A stretch of DNA of 64,000 nucleotides, taken from assembly GCA_963836755.1 (NCBI GenBank), contig CAWIKF010000002.1, forward strand, positions 1,088,001 through 1,152,000. Direction: 5' to 3'. Origin of the DNA: an uncultured Verrucomicrobiae bacterium (GTDB lineage: Bacteria; Verrucomicrobiota; Verrucomicrobiia; Chthoniobacterales; Chthoniobacteraceae). The position numbers and the translations under genes were made by a program. The notes under the pieces were generated by a model. It worked only from the letters and a program-made list of their open reading frames with translations. It ran no database searches and was not told where the DNA came from. Positions 28,592-38,438 of the stretch are shown piece after piece. How positions within the stretch are numbered: the stretch's first letter is position 1; every line of letters starts with the position of its first letter.

Positions 28592-30505
28592 ATGCGATTT
28601 TTAGACCAGATCCATTCCCCCGCGGACATCAAATCTCTCGATGAAAAAGATCTGCCGCAGCTCGCGCAGGAAGTCCGCGAGGAGCTCGTCACGGTGCTCT
28701 CGGAAAAAAATCCCAACTCCGTCGGCGGCCATCTCGGCCCGAATCTCGGCGTCGTCGAGCTAACGATCGCATTGCACCGCGTTTTCACGACGCCACAGGA
28801 CAAGTTTGTATTTGACGTGAGCCATCAAGGTTACGTGCACAAACTTTTCACCGGACGGCGCGAACGTTTCAATACGATGCGCCAGTATGAAGGGCTCAAC
28901 GGCTTTTTGCTGCGCAGCGAAAGCGATCACGACTGCTACGGCGCCGGCCACGCGGGCACCGCACTTTCAGCCGCGCTCGGCATGGCCGTCGGGCGCGACA
29001 TGGCGGGCACGGATGACCACGTCGTTGCCATCGCGGGCGACGCCGCATTGACCTGCGGCATCAGTTACGAAGCGCTAAACAACGTTGCTCACTCGACGAA
29101 AAAATTCATCGTCGTCCTCAACGACAACGAATGGTCGATCGCGAAAAACGTTGGCGCCATTGCCCATTATCTCAACAAAATCGCGACGAGCCCGACCTAT
29201 GCGCATTTGCACGATCAGGCCGCGAAACTCGTGCAGGCATTTGCCGGCAAACACGCCGTCAATCTCGCGCATCGCGTCGAGACTGGCGTCAAAAGTCTGC
29301 TGCTGCCGAGCGTCCTTTTCGAAGATCTCGGCCTTCGCTATTACGGGCCGATCGACGGGCACGACATCCCGCTGCTCATCCGCACATTCGAGTTTCTCAA
29401 GACGCAGAACGAACCGGTCATCCTCCACATCCTCACGCAAAAAGGCAAAGGCTACGCGCCCGCGATCGAGAAGCCGGACAAATTTCACGGCCTCGGGAAA
29501 TTTCAGGCCGAGACAGGCGCGACCGCGGCCAGCAGCGCACCGACCTACTCCGAGTTGCTCGGCAAAACGCTCGCGAAATTTGCCGACACGAACAACAAAA
29601 TCTGCGCGATCACCGGTGCGATGCCGACCGGCACGGGTTTGATTTTTTTCCAGCAAAAGCACCCGGAGAAATATTTTGACGTCGGTATCGCGGAGGAGCA
29701 CGCGGCGCTTTTCGCATGCGGCCTCGCTGTGCAAGGTTTTAAGCCTTTTTTAACGATCTACTCGACCTTCATGCAGCGCGCTTATGACATGATCATTCAC
29801 GACATGGCGCTGCAAAATCTCAACGTCGCGCTTTGCATGGACCGCGCCGGATTGAGCGGCGACGACGGCCCGACGCATCACGGACTTTTCGACATCGGCT
29901 ATCTGCGGCACGTGCCGGGCATCATCCACATGCAGCCGAAGGACGAGGAGGAATTTGTCGACATGCTCTGGACGATGGCGCATCACAATTCCGGCCCGAT
30001 CGCGATCCGTTATCCGCGCGGGGCCGGCACTGGCGCGAAACCAAAAGAGATGCCGAAGCTGCTCGAAATCGGCAAAGCGGAAGTGGTGAAACACGGCACG
30101 CAAGTCGCATTTTTCGGCCTCGGCAACATGTGCTCTGTGGCCGCGGAAGCCGCTCAGATGCTGGAAGCGCAGGGAATTTCCTGCGCGGTCATCAACCCGC
30201 GTTGGATCAAGCCGCTCGATGCGGGGACGATTGAATTTTTCGCGCGCAGCGTGGACGTTATTTGCACGCTGGAAGACCACGTGCTGCACAATGGTTTCGG
30301 CTGCGGCGTCATCGAGTTGCTCAACGACGCCGGCATCAAGACGCCGGTCGTGCGTGTCGGCTGGCCCGACCAATTTGTCGAGCACGGCGCCGTCGATATT
30401 TTACGGCGCAAGCATGGCCTGACTGCGCAGGCCGCCGTGGAAAAAGTTCTTCCGTTCGTCAAAACAAAAGTGGGCGCGCGTCCGGAGCCAAAGACCGCGG
30501 CGTAA
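28592..30505 (+). CDS. dxs: 1-deoxy-D-xylulose-5-phosphate synthase
   Basis: GGHLGPNLGVVELT, DVSHQGY, LNDNEWSI, DVGIAEEH, DGPTHHG. Confidence 0.96.
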   Translation: MRFLDQIHSPADIKSLDEKDLPQLAQEVREELVTVLSEKNPNSVGGHLGPNLGVVELTIALHRVFTTPQDKFVFDVSHQGYVHKLFTGRRERFNTMRQYEGLNGFLLRSESDHDCYGAGHAGTALSAALGMAVGRDMAGTDDHVVAIAGDAALTCGISYEALNNVAHSTKKFIVVLNDNEWSIAKNVGAIAHYLNKIATSPTYAHLHDQAAKLVQAFAGKHAVNLAHRVETGVKSLLLPSVLFEDLGLRYYGPIDGHDIPLLIRTFEFLKTQNEPVILHILTQKGKGYAPAIEKPDKFHGLGKFQAETGATAASSAPTYSELLGKTLAKFADTNNKICAITGAMPTGTGLIFFQQKHPEKYFDVGIAEEHAALFACGLAVQGFKPFLTIYSTFMQRAYDMIIHDMALQNLNVALCMDRAGLSGDDGPTHHGLFDIGYLRHVPGIIHMQPKDEEEFVDMLWTMAHHNSGPIAIRYPRGAGTGAKPKEMPKLLEIGKAEVVKHGTQVAFFGLGNMCSVAAEAAQMLEAQGISCAVINPRWIKPLDAGTIEFFARSVDVICTLEDHVLHNGFGCGVIELLNDAGIKTPVVRVGWPDQFVEHGAVDILRRKHGLTAQAAVEKVLPFVKTKVGARPEPKTAA

Positions 30506-30526
30506 GCTTTTGCGGGGTTTCGGGGT

Positions 30527-32134
30527 GTGAAATTGACGCGGGACGAGCTGGAGCAAAGGCTGCGTCGCGCGGAGGCGTTGCTGCGCGAGCGGGAAGAGGA
30601 AACGCGGATCGCGTTTGAATTATCCGGCGTCGGCCAGGTCATCGCCGATGCCGAGACGACGCGCTTTTTGCGCGTCAACCAAAGCTTCTGCGTGATGATG
30701 GGCTACAGCGAGGCGGAGCTTCTGGAGCTGAGCGCGCGGGAAATTTCGCACCCAGACGACGCGGACATTTTCAGCGGGACTTTTTACCCAAAAATCCAGA
30801 GCGGCGAGATCTCCGAATACGTGACGGAAAAGCGTTACGTGCATCGGCGAGGGGACGTCGTCTGGGTTTCGATCAATGCGATGATGCTGCCCGATCGGGC
30901 GCGCCGGCCGCGGCGGATTGCGGCATTGATCCGCGACATCAGCGCGCAAAAAAAAGCGGAGCAATCTGCGATGCAGAGCGCGACAATGTTTCGCGCGATC
31001 TTCGAAAACTCGGTCGATGCGATCGCGGTTTACGAGGGATATTTTCACGCGATGGTGAACCCGGCTTACGTCAAACTTTTCGGCTACTCTGACGCGGCGG
31101 AGTTGATCGGAAAGCCCGGTCCTGACTTGATCGCGCCCGCCGCGCGAGAGCGGATCAAACGGCGGATCGCGGCGCGACTGCGCGGCGAGATCGTCCCCGC
31201 GGCGTATGTCACGCGCGGGCTGCGGCGCGACGGCACCGAGTTCGATCTCGACATTCACGCCTCTTATTTTGAGATCGACGGCGGCCAATTTCGTCTCGTG
31301 ATTTTGCGTGACGTTACGAAAAAACTGCTCGCGGAAAAAATCCTCAAGAAGTCGCGCGCCGAACTTGAACTGCGCGTCGCGGAGCGCACTGCGGAGCTGA
31401 GCAGGGCGAACGCGAGGCTACAGCGCGCGAGCCGGCATCGCAAAAGACTGGAGACGGAATTGTGGGCAGCGACCGATCGCGAGCAGGAGCGGATCGGCGC
31501 TGATTTGCACGATGGCCTCGGCCAGCAGCTCGCGGGCATCGGCTACTTTGTGAGCGCGATGGAAATGCGCAATCCCGGCGCGTCGCCGCGGCTCGCCGCT
31601 GACCTGCGGCACATCTCGGCCTTCCTGAACAATGCGGTCGCGCAAACGCGCGAGATCGCGCGCGGTCTTTATCCGCCGGAGCTCGAGAAAGGGTTATTTG
31701 TCGCGCTGGAAAAATTCGCCGAGAACGTGGCGCGCACGCACGAAATCGAATGCAACTTTTCTTGCGCAAAAAAGTTCGCGATTAAAAAAAGTGCCGCGAA
31801 TCAGCTTTATCGCATCGCGCAGGAAGCAGTCACGAATGCGCTTCGACACGGGCGCGCGACGCGCATCACGCTCGAGCTCATCTGCGCGCGCTCGCGGGGT
31901 CGTTTGGTGATTCGCGACAACGGCTCCGGCAAATTTGACGCCATAAAAAAGTCGCATGGGCTTGGGCTGCGGACGATGCGCAACCGCGCCGGACTTCTCG
32001 ACGGCACGTTGGAGATCAAATCTGGCAGCGCTGGCACGGTCGTGACCTGTTTGTTTCCGTGCGCGGTCATGAAAAAATCGCGTCAAACAAAATCGAAATC
32101 TTGTAAAAAGGGCGTCGCCGGCGAGAGCCGCTGA
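30527..32134 (+). CDS. PAS-PAS sensor histidine kinase (HisKA_3/NarX-type)
   Basis: Two PAS domains, ERIGADLHDGLGQQL, RIAQEAVTNALRH, GLGLRTM. Confidence 0.88.
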   Translation: MKLTRDELEQRLRRAEALLREREEETRIAFELSGVGQVIADAETTRFLRVNQSFCVMMGYSEAELLELSAREISHPDDADIFSGTFYPKIQSGEISEYVTEKRYVHRRGDVVWVSINAMMLPDRARRPRRIAALIRDISAQKKAEQSAMQSATMFRAIFENSVDAIAVYEGYFHAMVNPAYVKLFGYSDAAELIGKPGPDLIAPAARERIKRRIAARLRGEIVPAAYVTRGLRRDGTEFDLDIHASYFEIDGGQFRLVILRDVTKKLLAEKILKKSRAELELRVAERTAELSRANARLQRASRHRKRLETELWAATDREQERIGADLHDGLGQQLAGIGYFVSAMEMRNPGASPRLAADLRHISAFLNNAVAQTREIARGLYPPELEKGLFVALEKFAENVARTHEIECNFSCAKKFAIKKSAANQLYRIAQEAVTNALRHGRATRITLELICARSRGRLVIRDNGSGKFDAIKKSHGLGLRTMRNRAGLLDGTLEIKSGSAGTVVTCLFPCAVMKKSRQTKSKSCKKGVAGESR

Positions 32135-32178
32135 TTCTTGTTGCCCGGAAGAATCGGCGCGTCTTGATTGGCGCTCGC

Positions 32179-33183
32179 ATGAGCGGAATCGAAACGCAGA
32201 ATCTCACCAAAATTTACCGCACTTATCGCAAGGAGCCGGGACTCCTCGGCGCGGTCAAGGGCCTAGCGAGACGGCGCTACGAGGAGACGCGCGCGGCGGA
32301 AGGGGTGAGTTTCAAGATCGAGGAAGGCGAGTTCGTCGGGTTCCTCGGGCCGAACGGCGCGGGCAAGACGACTGTTTTAAAAATGTTGAGCGGTCTGCTG
32401 AATCCCACCTCGGGCACCGCGCGCGTCCTCGGCTTCGTCCCGTGGGAGCGGCGCGATGAGATGAAGCGGCAGTTCGCGCTTTTGATGGGGCAAAAAAACG
32501 CGCTCTGGTGGGATCTGCCGGCGCGTGAATCGCTCGAGCTCAACCGCGTCATCTACGGCATCGACCGCGCGAAATTTTCAAAAATCGTCGGCGGCATGAG
32601 CGAGCTGCTCGACGTGACCGACAAGCTCGGCGTCATGGTGCGCGAGCTCTCGCTCGGCGAGCGGATGAAGATGGAACTCATCGCTGCGCTCCTCCACACC
32701 CCGCGCGTCCTTTTTCTCGACGAGCCGACCATCGGTCTCGACGTCGTTTCGCAAAAAAAAGTGCGTGAATTCCTCCGGCTCTACAACGCGGAGAACCGCA
32801 TCATCACGATGCTCACGAGCCATTACATGCAGGACATCGAGGAGCTGTGCGAGCGCGTCATCATCATCGACCGCGGTAAAATTTTCTATGACGGCGCGCT
32901 CTCCGCGATCATCGACCGCTTTGCCACGCACAAAATGATCAGCCTCGTTTTTGAAAATCGTGGCGCCCGAGATTTCGCGCCGTTCGGTGAAGTCGTCGAG
33001 CAGACGCCCGAGTCAGTGCTGCTGAAAGTTCCGCGCGCCAATGTCGCGGAGACCTGCCGCGCAGTGCTGGCGCAGCACGCCGTGCGCGACATCAATGTGC
33101 AGGAACTCCCAATCGAGGAAGTGATTCGCCAATTTTTCGGCGAGCAGCACGAACCTAGTGCCGCAGCAGCAGCGCATCCTTGA
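32179..33183 (+). CDS. ABC transporter ATP-binding protein
   Basis: GPNGAGKT, LSLGERMK, FLDEPTIGLD, LTSHYM. Confidence 0.92.
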   Translation: MSGIETQNLTKIYRTYRKEPGLLGAVKGLARRRYEETRAAEGVSFKIEEGEFVGFLGPNGAGKTTVLKMLSGLLNPTSGTARVLGFVPWERRDEMKRQFALLMGQKNALWWDLPARESLELNRVIYGIDRAKFSKIVGGMSELLDVTDKLGVMVRELSLGERMKMELIAALLHTPRVLFLDEPTIGLDVVSQKKVREFLRLYNAENRIITMLTSHYMQDIEELCERVIIIDRGKIFYDGALSAIIDRFATHKMISLVFENRGARDFAPFGEVVEQTPESVLLKVPRANVAETCRAVLAQHAVRDINVQELPIEEVIRQFFGEQHEPSAAAAAHP

Positions 33184-33424
33184 GATCGTGCGCGTAGGAA
33201 GGATTGATCTCAAAATGCGTTTTCAAAAGCCCTCCCGCCTCGACTTCCTCGCGCGGCGGCTCCGTCTCGACCAGGCCAATTTCCATCAAGCCATTCAGAA
33301 TATCCTGCGCTTCGTCCGCATGGATATTTGTCCGCTCGACGATGTCCGCTCCTGAGCTGCCGACGGCAAAATCGATGGCGCGCAACACTGCAAACTCGCG
33401 GCCGCTGAATTTCATTTTTCTCAT
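33155..33424 (-). CDS. small hypothetical protein (possibly winged-helix-like)
   Basis: MKFSGREFAVLRAIDF...DILNGLMEIGLVE...FEINPSY reads as a compact real protein. The upstream part of the track ORF is shadow. Confidence 0.6.
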   Translation of the reverse strand: MRKMKFSGREFAVLRAIDFAVGSSGADIVERTNIHADEAQDILNGLMEIGLVETEPPREEVEAGGLLKTHFEINPSYAHDLKDALLLRH

Positions 33425-33511
33425 CGCCTCGATGTAAGGGCAGGTTTCGTGCCGCGCGAAAACCGCGCCCTTCTCCTTGAACATCACGATTCGCGCCGTA
33501 ATCTTGAAACT

Positions 33512-33901
33512 ATGAAAGCCTCGCACAATCCGGTGGCCAAAATCATTCTCCACGCCGACGGACTCGGCGTTCCCTCGCCAGACACCGTGCGGCAGCGGGC
33601 CGAAGAACTCGCCAAAATTAACGGCCATCCCGAACCGACCGAGGCCGATTGGCTGCAGGCGCGTGCGGAATTGCACGGCGGCCATCCCCAGGATGGCAGC
33701 GACGGTGAAAGCGAAACGACTCAATACGTCTCAGAGCGCGACATGATCGCCACAGACCGCGGCCATCGGGCGGAAAAGTTTGCCGACGATACCGAAAACG
33801 CAGTCGAGGAACTCGTCGCCGAAGGCCTCGACGAAGCCGAGCACGATCAGATGCTTCAGGCGTCGATGCTCGAGGCTGACGACGTCATCGAGCCGGAATA
33901 A
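33512..33901 (+). CDS. small acidic protein with a DUF2934-like motif
   Basis: VRQRAEELAKINGHPEPTEADWLQARAEL. Confidence 0.65.
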   Translation: MKASHNPVAKIILHADGLGVPSPDTVRQRAEELAKINGHPEPTEADWLQARAELHGGHPQDGSDGESETTQYVSERDMIATDRGHRAEKFADDTENAVEELVAEGLDEAEHDQMLQASMLEADDVIEPE

Positions 33902-34022
33902 ATTCCACAGCCACCGGAACGGCCTCTCAATTTACCGGCGCTCACTACTGCGCCAGGCGATGTCGCTTTCTGGGATCGCCGGATGACAAAGTGGCGGAAG
34001 CGTGTGATAGCTTCGCATAAAC

Positions 34023-34961
34023 ATGCCTGCCGCCGGATTGGATTTGATCGAAGAAATTCTTGAGCTCAAGCGCGAGCGCAACGCGGTGATCCTCGCGCAC
34101 AATTATCAGGATCGCGAAATCCAGGAACTGGCGGACTTTGTCGGCGATTCACTCGGGCTGAGCTATAAGGCGCGCGACACGGACGCAGACGTCATCGCTT
34201 TTTGCGGCGTTCATTTCATGGCCGAGACGGCGAAAATCGTGAATCCCGCAAAGACGGTCATCCTTCCCGATCTCGACGCCGGCTGCTCGCTCAGCGATTC
34301 GTGTCCGCCGGAAAAGCTCGACGCCTTTTTAAAATTGCACGCGGCGGAAAATTATTACGTCATCGCCTACATCAATTGCAGCGCCGGCGTGAAGGCGCTC
34401 AGCGACGTGATCTGCACGAGCGGGAATGCCGTCAAAATCGTCGACGCTGCGCCGCGCGATCGGAATCTTTTGTTCGTGCCGGATCAAAATCTCGGCAGCT
34501 GGGTCATGGAGAAAACCGGCCGCGCGATGGAGCTCTGGCGGGGAAATTGTTACGTCCACGTCGAGTTCACGCAAAAGGCGATTCAGAAAATCAAAGCGGA
34601 ATTTCCCGGCGCGAAAGTTGTCGCACATCCGGAGTGCACATTCGCCGTGCGGTTGCTCGCGGACGAAGTTTGCTCGACCGAAAAAATGATTGGCTACTGC
34701 CGCGAATCCGCCGCGCGCGAATTCATTATCGTGACTGAATCGGGCATGCTGCATCGGCTGCGGCGGGAAGTGCCGGGCAAAGTTTTCATTCCCGGGCCGA
34801 CCGACGCCTGTGCGTGCGCCGACTGCCGCTACATGAAAATGAACACGCTCGAAAAGTTGCACGATTGCCTCGCGCGGCTTGAGCCGCGGATCGAGATTCC
34901 TGAGCCGGTGCGTGCGCGCGCGGAGCTGCCAATCCGCCGGATGCTCGAGCTGAGCGCGTAA
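34023..34961 (+). CDS. nadA: quinolinate synthase
   Basis: ILAHNYQ, FCGVHFMAE, AGCSL, CYVH, AHPEC, CRYMKMNTL. Confidence 0.96.
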   Translation: MPAAGLDLIEEILELKRERNAVILAHNYQDREIQELADFVGDSLGLSYKARDTDADVIAFCGVHFMAETAKIVNPAKTVILPDLDAGCSLSDSCPPEKLDAFLKLHAAENYYVIAYINCSAGVKALSDVICTSGNAVKIVDAAPRDRNLLFVPDQNLGSWVMEKTGRAMELWRGNCYVHVEFTQKAIQKIKAEFPGAKVVAHPECTFAVRLLADEVCSTEKMIGYCRESAAREFIIVTESGMLHRLRREVPGKVFIPGPTDACACADCRYMKMNTLEKLHDCLARLEPRIEIPEPVRARAELPIRRMLELSA

Positions 34962-35014
34962 CATTTTCGCAGCGGCGCATTGACACGGCTTCGGTTCGTG
35001 TTCTCCAATCCAGC

Positions 35015-35833
35015 GTGACCCGACTTCCCCGCATTTGCAGCGTTATCACGCTTGTTTTCGCGCTCGTGGGCTGCGGAAAAAATGCGGACCCGGTAGCAGC
35101 GGCGACTGCATTTTTCACCACACTCGGCCACGGCCAGCCCGGCCCTGCGTATGAAAGCGCGAGCTTTGCATTCCAGGCGCAGCAAAGTTTTGACGCATTC
35201 CAAGCGACTGTCTCGGCGCTCGGGCTGCTCGATTTTTCGTCGATCGAATGGACGCGTCACTCGGAGCGCGGCGACGAGGTGGACCTGAACGGCGTGGTGA
35301 CGGCGCAGAACGGGCAGAAGATTCCGGTCAACGTGACGCTCACGCGCGAGGGCGGGAAGTGGAAGGTTTTTTCCCTACACACCGGCGGCACTGACGGAAC
35401 TTTGACGGCACAAAACAATTTCAGTCAGGTGGGGAAGGGAGCTGGATTCAACGACGCCTTCAGTCACGAAATCCCCCCAAAGTCCGAGGTGGTGGCGCTC
35501 ACGCGTGAGACTTTTGAAAAATTCGCCGAGGCGCTGAAGGAAAAAAGCTTCACCGATTTCTACAACTCCATCGCGCTTGGATGGCAGTCGCAGATCAGCA
35601 AGGCCGATCTGAAGCGGACATTTCAGCCGTTCATTGATGCCGGCGTGAATCTCAATCCAATCCACGACATCGAGCCATTGCTCAACCCGCCGCCGCAGCT
35701 CGATGCGGAAGGTCTGCTGATTGTGAACGGTTCTTATTTTGCGCCGCCGAACCGAGTGATTTTTTCGCTCAAATACGCTTACGAAATGCCGGGCTGGAAA
35801 CTTTTTGGCATGTCCGTGCGCATCGCGCGTTAG
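35015..35833 (+). CDS. hypothetical lipoprotein with two similar domains
   Basis: Lipobox LVGC, halves end in GKWKVFSL and PGWKLFGM. TTGACA at 34980-34985 upstream. Confidence 0.7.
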   Translation: MTRLPRICSVITLVFALVGCGKNADPVAAATAFFTTLGHGQPGPAYESASFAFQAQQSFDAFQATVSALGLLDFSSIEWTRHSERGDEVDLNGVVTAQNGQKIPVNVTLTREGGKWKVFSLHTGGTDGTLTAQNNFSQVGKGAGFNDAFSHEIPPKSEVVALTRETFEKFAEALKEKSFTDFYNSIALGWQSQISKADLKRTFQPFIDAGVNLNPIHDIEPLLNPPPQLDAEGLLIVNGSYFAPPNRVIFSLKYAYEMPGWKLFGMSVRIAR

Positions 35834-36765
35834 CTCGTGCGCAACGCCGCGACTGCGCTCGGCAGCGAGTCTGCGCCGCTGACGGAAATGACCGGGAATC
35901 CTTTGCGGGTGCGGTTCACCAGGCCGGCGAGCACCGCGCCCGGGCCGAGCTCGATGAATTGCTCACACCCTTCAGTGTCGATCAAATACTCGATGGTTTC
36001 TGTCCAGCGCACGGTGCCGGTGACTTGCTCGCGCAATGTTTCACGGATGCGGCTGGCCTCGCTCACGGGTCGCGCGTCAACGTTGCTGATGATCAAAAAT
36101 CGCGGCGTCGCCAGCTCGGTGCGCTGCAATTCTTCGCCGAGTTTCACATAAGCCGGCTGCATCAAGCGCGAGTGATATGCGCCCGCGACGTTCAGCATCG
36201 TCGCGCGTCGCGCGCCGGCTTCTTTCGCCAGCGAAACGGCCAGCGCGACCTTTGCGGATTCGCCGGAGATGACGACCTGGCCGGGGCAATTCAAATTCGC
36301 CACGTCCACATCGGTTTGCGACGCGAGATCGCGCACGGCATTTTCATCCGCGCCGATCAAAGCCGCCATCGCGCCCTCGGTGCTGTCGCAGGCTTCCTGC
36401 ATGAACTGCGCGCGCTGCTCGACCAAACGCAGGCCCGTTGCAAAATCAAAAGTTCCCGCCGCCGCGTGCGCGGTAAATTCACCGAGCGAAAGGCCGGCCG
36501 CCGCATGCACAGGAAATTCGCCGAGCTCCTGCCGCAGCGCGGCGAGGCAGGCGAGACCATGCACGTAAAGCGCGGGCTGGCAGTTCGCGGTTTTCGTCAG
36601 CTCCTCGTCCGGGCCATCAAACGCGATGCGGCTGAGATCGCGTCCGAGGATTTCATCCGCGCGGCGAAAAAGTTCGTCAGCGGCGGGAAACGCCGCGCTT
36701 AAATCCTTTCCCATGCCGACCGTCTGCGCGCCTTGTCCCGAAAAAAGTAGTGCGGTTTTTTTCAT
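35830..36765 (-). CDS. fabD: malonyl CoA-ACP transacylase
   Basis: FSGQGAQ, AGLSLGE, ANLNCPGQVVISG, VAGAYHS, ELGPG. Confidence 0.95.
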   Translation of the reverse strand: MKKTALLFSGQGAQTVGMGKDLSAAFPAADELFRRADEILGRDLSRIAFDGPDEELTKTANCQPALYVHGLACLAALRQELGEFPVHAAAGLSLGEFTAHAAAGTFDFATGLRLVEQRAQFMQEACDSTEGAMAALIGADENAVRDLASQTDVDVANLNCPGQVVISGESAKVALAVSLAKEAGARRATMLNVAGAYHSRLMQPAYVKLGEELQRTELATPRFLIISNVDARPVSEASRIRETLREQVTGTVRWTETIEYLIDTEGCEQFIELGPGAVLAGLVNRTRKGFPVISVSGADSLPSAVAALRTS

Positions 36766-36817
36766 CGAGCTGACTCAAAACAAACGCGGCGGGAGCGACA
36801 AGAAGTTTTGCGCGCGC

Positions 36818-38374
36818 TCAACTTTTCTGCGCGAGAAATGCGTGGACTTGCTCGGCGAGTCGCTGGCCGATGCCTTCCGTGCTCGCAATTTCCTCGACGC
36901 TCGCTTTGCGCAGCCGCTCGACGGAGCCGAACTTTTTTAGAAGCAGTTGCTTGCGGTGTTCGCTCACGCCGGCGCAATCGTCGAGGATGCTCTCGGCGAT
37001 CCGGCGTTTCATCAAAAGCTGGTGATAGCCATTCGCGAAACGATGCGCTTCGTCGCGAATGCGCTGGAGGAGTCGCAAAGCGCCGGAATCCTCGGGAAGC
37101 CGCACGGGCAAAGGATTCGCGGGTCGATAGATTTCCTCGAATTCTTTTGCGAGGCCAATGATCGGCAGCTCGTGCAGGCCGAGCCGCTGCAGCTCATTGC
37201 ACGCGCTGGAGAGTTGGCCTTTGCCGCCATCGACGATGATCAAATCCGGCAGCCGGACCGGTGCGGGTGAAAGTCGCGCGAGCGCTTCGCGAGGATTTTC
37301 CTGCGAAAATTCCGCGGCGTCGGGATTTGCGTCGCGCGCTTCGAGCAGCACGCGTGCGTAGCGGCGGCGGACGACCTCGGCCATGCTCGCAAAGTCGTTT
37401 TGGCCGGCGACGGTGCGGATGCGATAGCGGCGGTAATTTGCTTTGTCGGCGACGCCGTCGCGAAAGCAAACCATCGAGGCGACTACGTGGGTCGTGGAAA
37501 TGTTCGAGATGTCGAAGCACTCCATCACGCGCGGCGCGTGCGGGAGTTGCAACGCATCGCGAAGCGCCTGCACATCAGCCACGGGATCGATCGCGCTCGG
37601 CAAGCGATGGCTGATTTCGCGGGTGAAACGCCGCATGGATTTGGTCGTCTGGCGCAGATCGTCGAGCATGTTGCGCAGCTCGGCGGCTTTTTCAAAATCG
37701 AGCGCAGTTGCTGCGGCTCGCATCTCATCTTCAAGCTGCGCGAGCGCTTCGCGCGATTCGCCGGCGAGAAATTCGCATGCGCGCGCGACCCGTTCGCGAT
37801 ATTGCTCGGCGGTGGTATCGGCGAGTTTCATCGGGACTTGATAGGTCGATGATTTCAGCTCGCGCGGCGTCGGCGAACCGCGCCCGAAAGTGAGCACGCC
37901 AAACTTTTTCCGCATAAAAGTCAGCGTCTGCCGCAGCGCCCCGGCGTGCGCGAATGGACCGAAGTGCCGCGCGCCGTCGCCTTTGTTGATGCGGGTCAGG
38001 CGAAAGCGCGGCCACTCCTCACGCTCGTCGACTTTCACGAGCAAAAACCTTTTGTCGTCGCGAAAGCTGATGTTGTAGCGGGGGCGATATTCCTTGATGA
38101 GGCGGCCCTCGAGCAACAGCGCCTCGGGTTCGCTTTTGACGGTGTGCACCTCGAAATTCCAGATGCTGTCGAGCAGCGCGCGCGTTTTCAGATCCGCGGT
38201 CATCTTGCGCGAGGGCATGAAATATTGCCCGACGCGTTTGCGGAGGCTGCGCGCCTTGCCGACGTAGATGACGCGGTTAAAGCGATCGCGCATGAGATAA
38301 ACGCCGGGCTTGTGCGGCAGGTCGTGGATTTTTCCCGCAAGGTCGGGTTTATCTTTGTGAACGGAGGGTGTCAT
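36818..38374 (-). CDS. uvrC: excinuclease ABC subunit C
   Basis: GIY-YIG domain (PGVYLM..YVGKA), UVR motif (LDFEKAAELR), ECFDISN, DGGKGQL, RDEAHRFA, HhH. Confidence 0.94.
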   Translation of the reverse strand: MTPSVHKDKPDLAGKIHDLPHKPGVYLMRDRFNRVIYVGKARSLRKRVGQYFMPSRKMTADLKTRALLDSIWNFEVHTVKSEPEALLLEGRLIKEYRPRYNISFRDDKRFLLVKVDEREEWPRFRLTRINKGDGARHFGPFAHAGALRQTLTFMRKKFGVLTFGRGSPTPRELKSSTYQVPMKLADTTAEQYRERVARACEFLAGESREALAQLEDEMRAAATALDFEKAAELRNMLDDLRQTTKSMRRFTREISHRLPSAIDPVADVQALRDALQLPHAPRVMECFDISNISTTHVVASMVCFRDGVADKANYRRYRIRTVAGQNDFASMAEVVRRRYARVLLEARDANPDAAEFSQENPREALARLSPAPVRLPDLIIVDGGKGQLSSACNELQRLGLHELPIIGLAKEFEEIYRPANPLPVRLPEDSGALRLLQRIRDEAHRFANGYHQLLMKRRIAESILDDCAGVSEHRKQLLLKKFGSVERLRKASVEEIASTEGIGQRLAEQVHAFLAQKS

Positions 38375-38438
38375 CGCGTAGTCAATGCCCACAGTTGCAA
38401 CAGCAGGCGCTATAGCTAATATAGAACACTTTAACCAA

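Noticed and set aside
38415..38428. LexA box upstream of uvrC (TGTTC-N4-GAACA type)
   Set aside because: Only the GAACA half-site is present. The left arm reads GCTAA.
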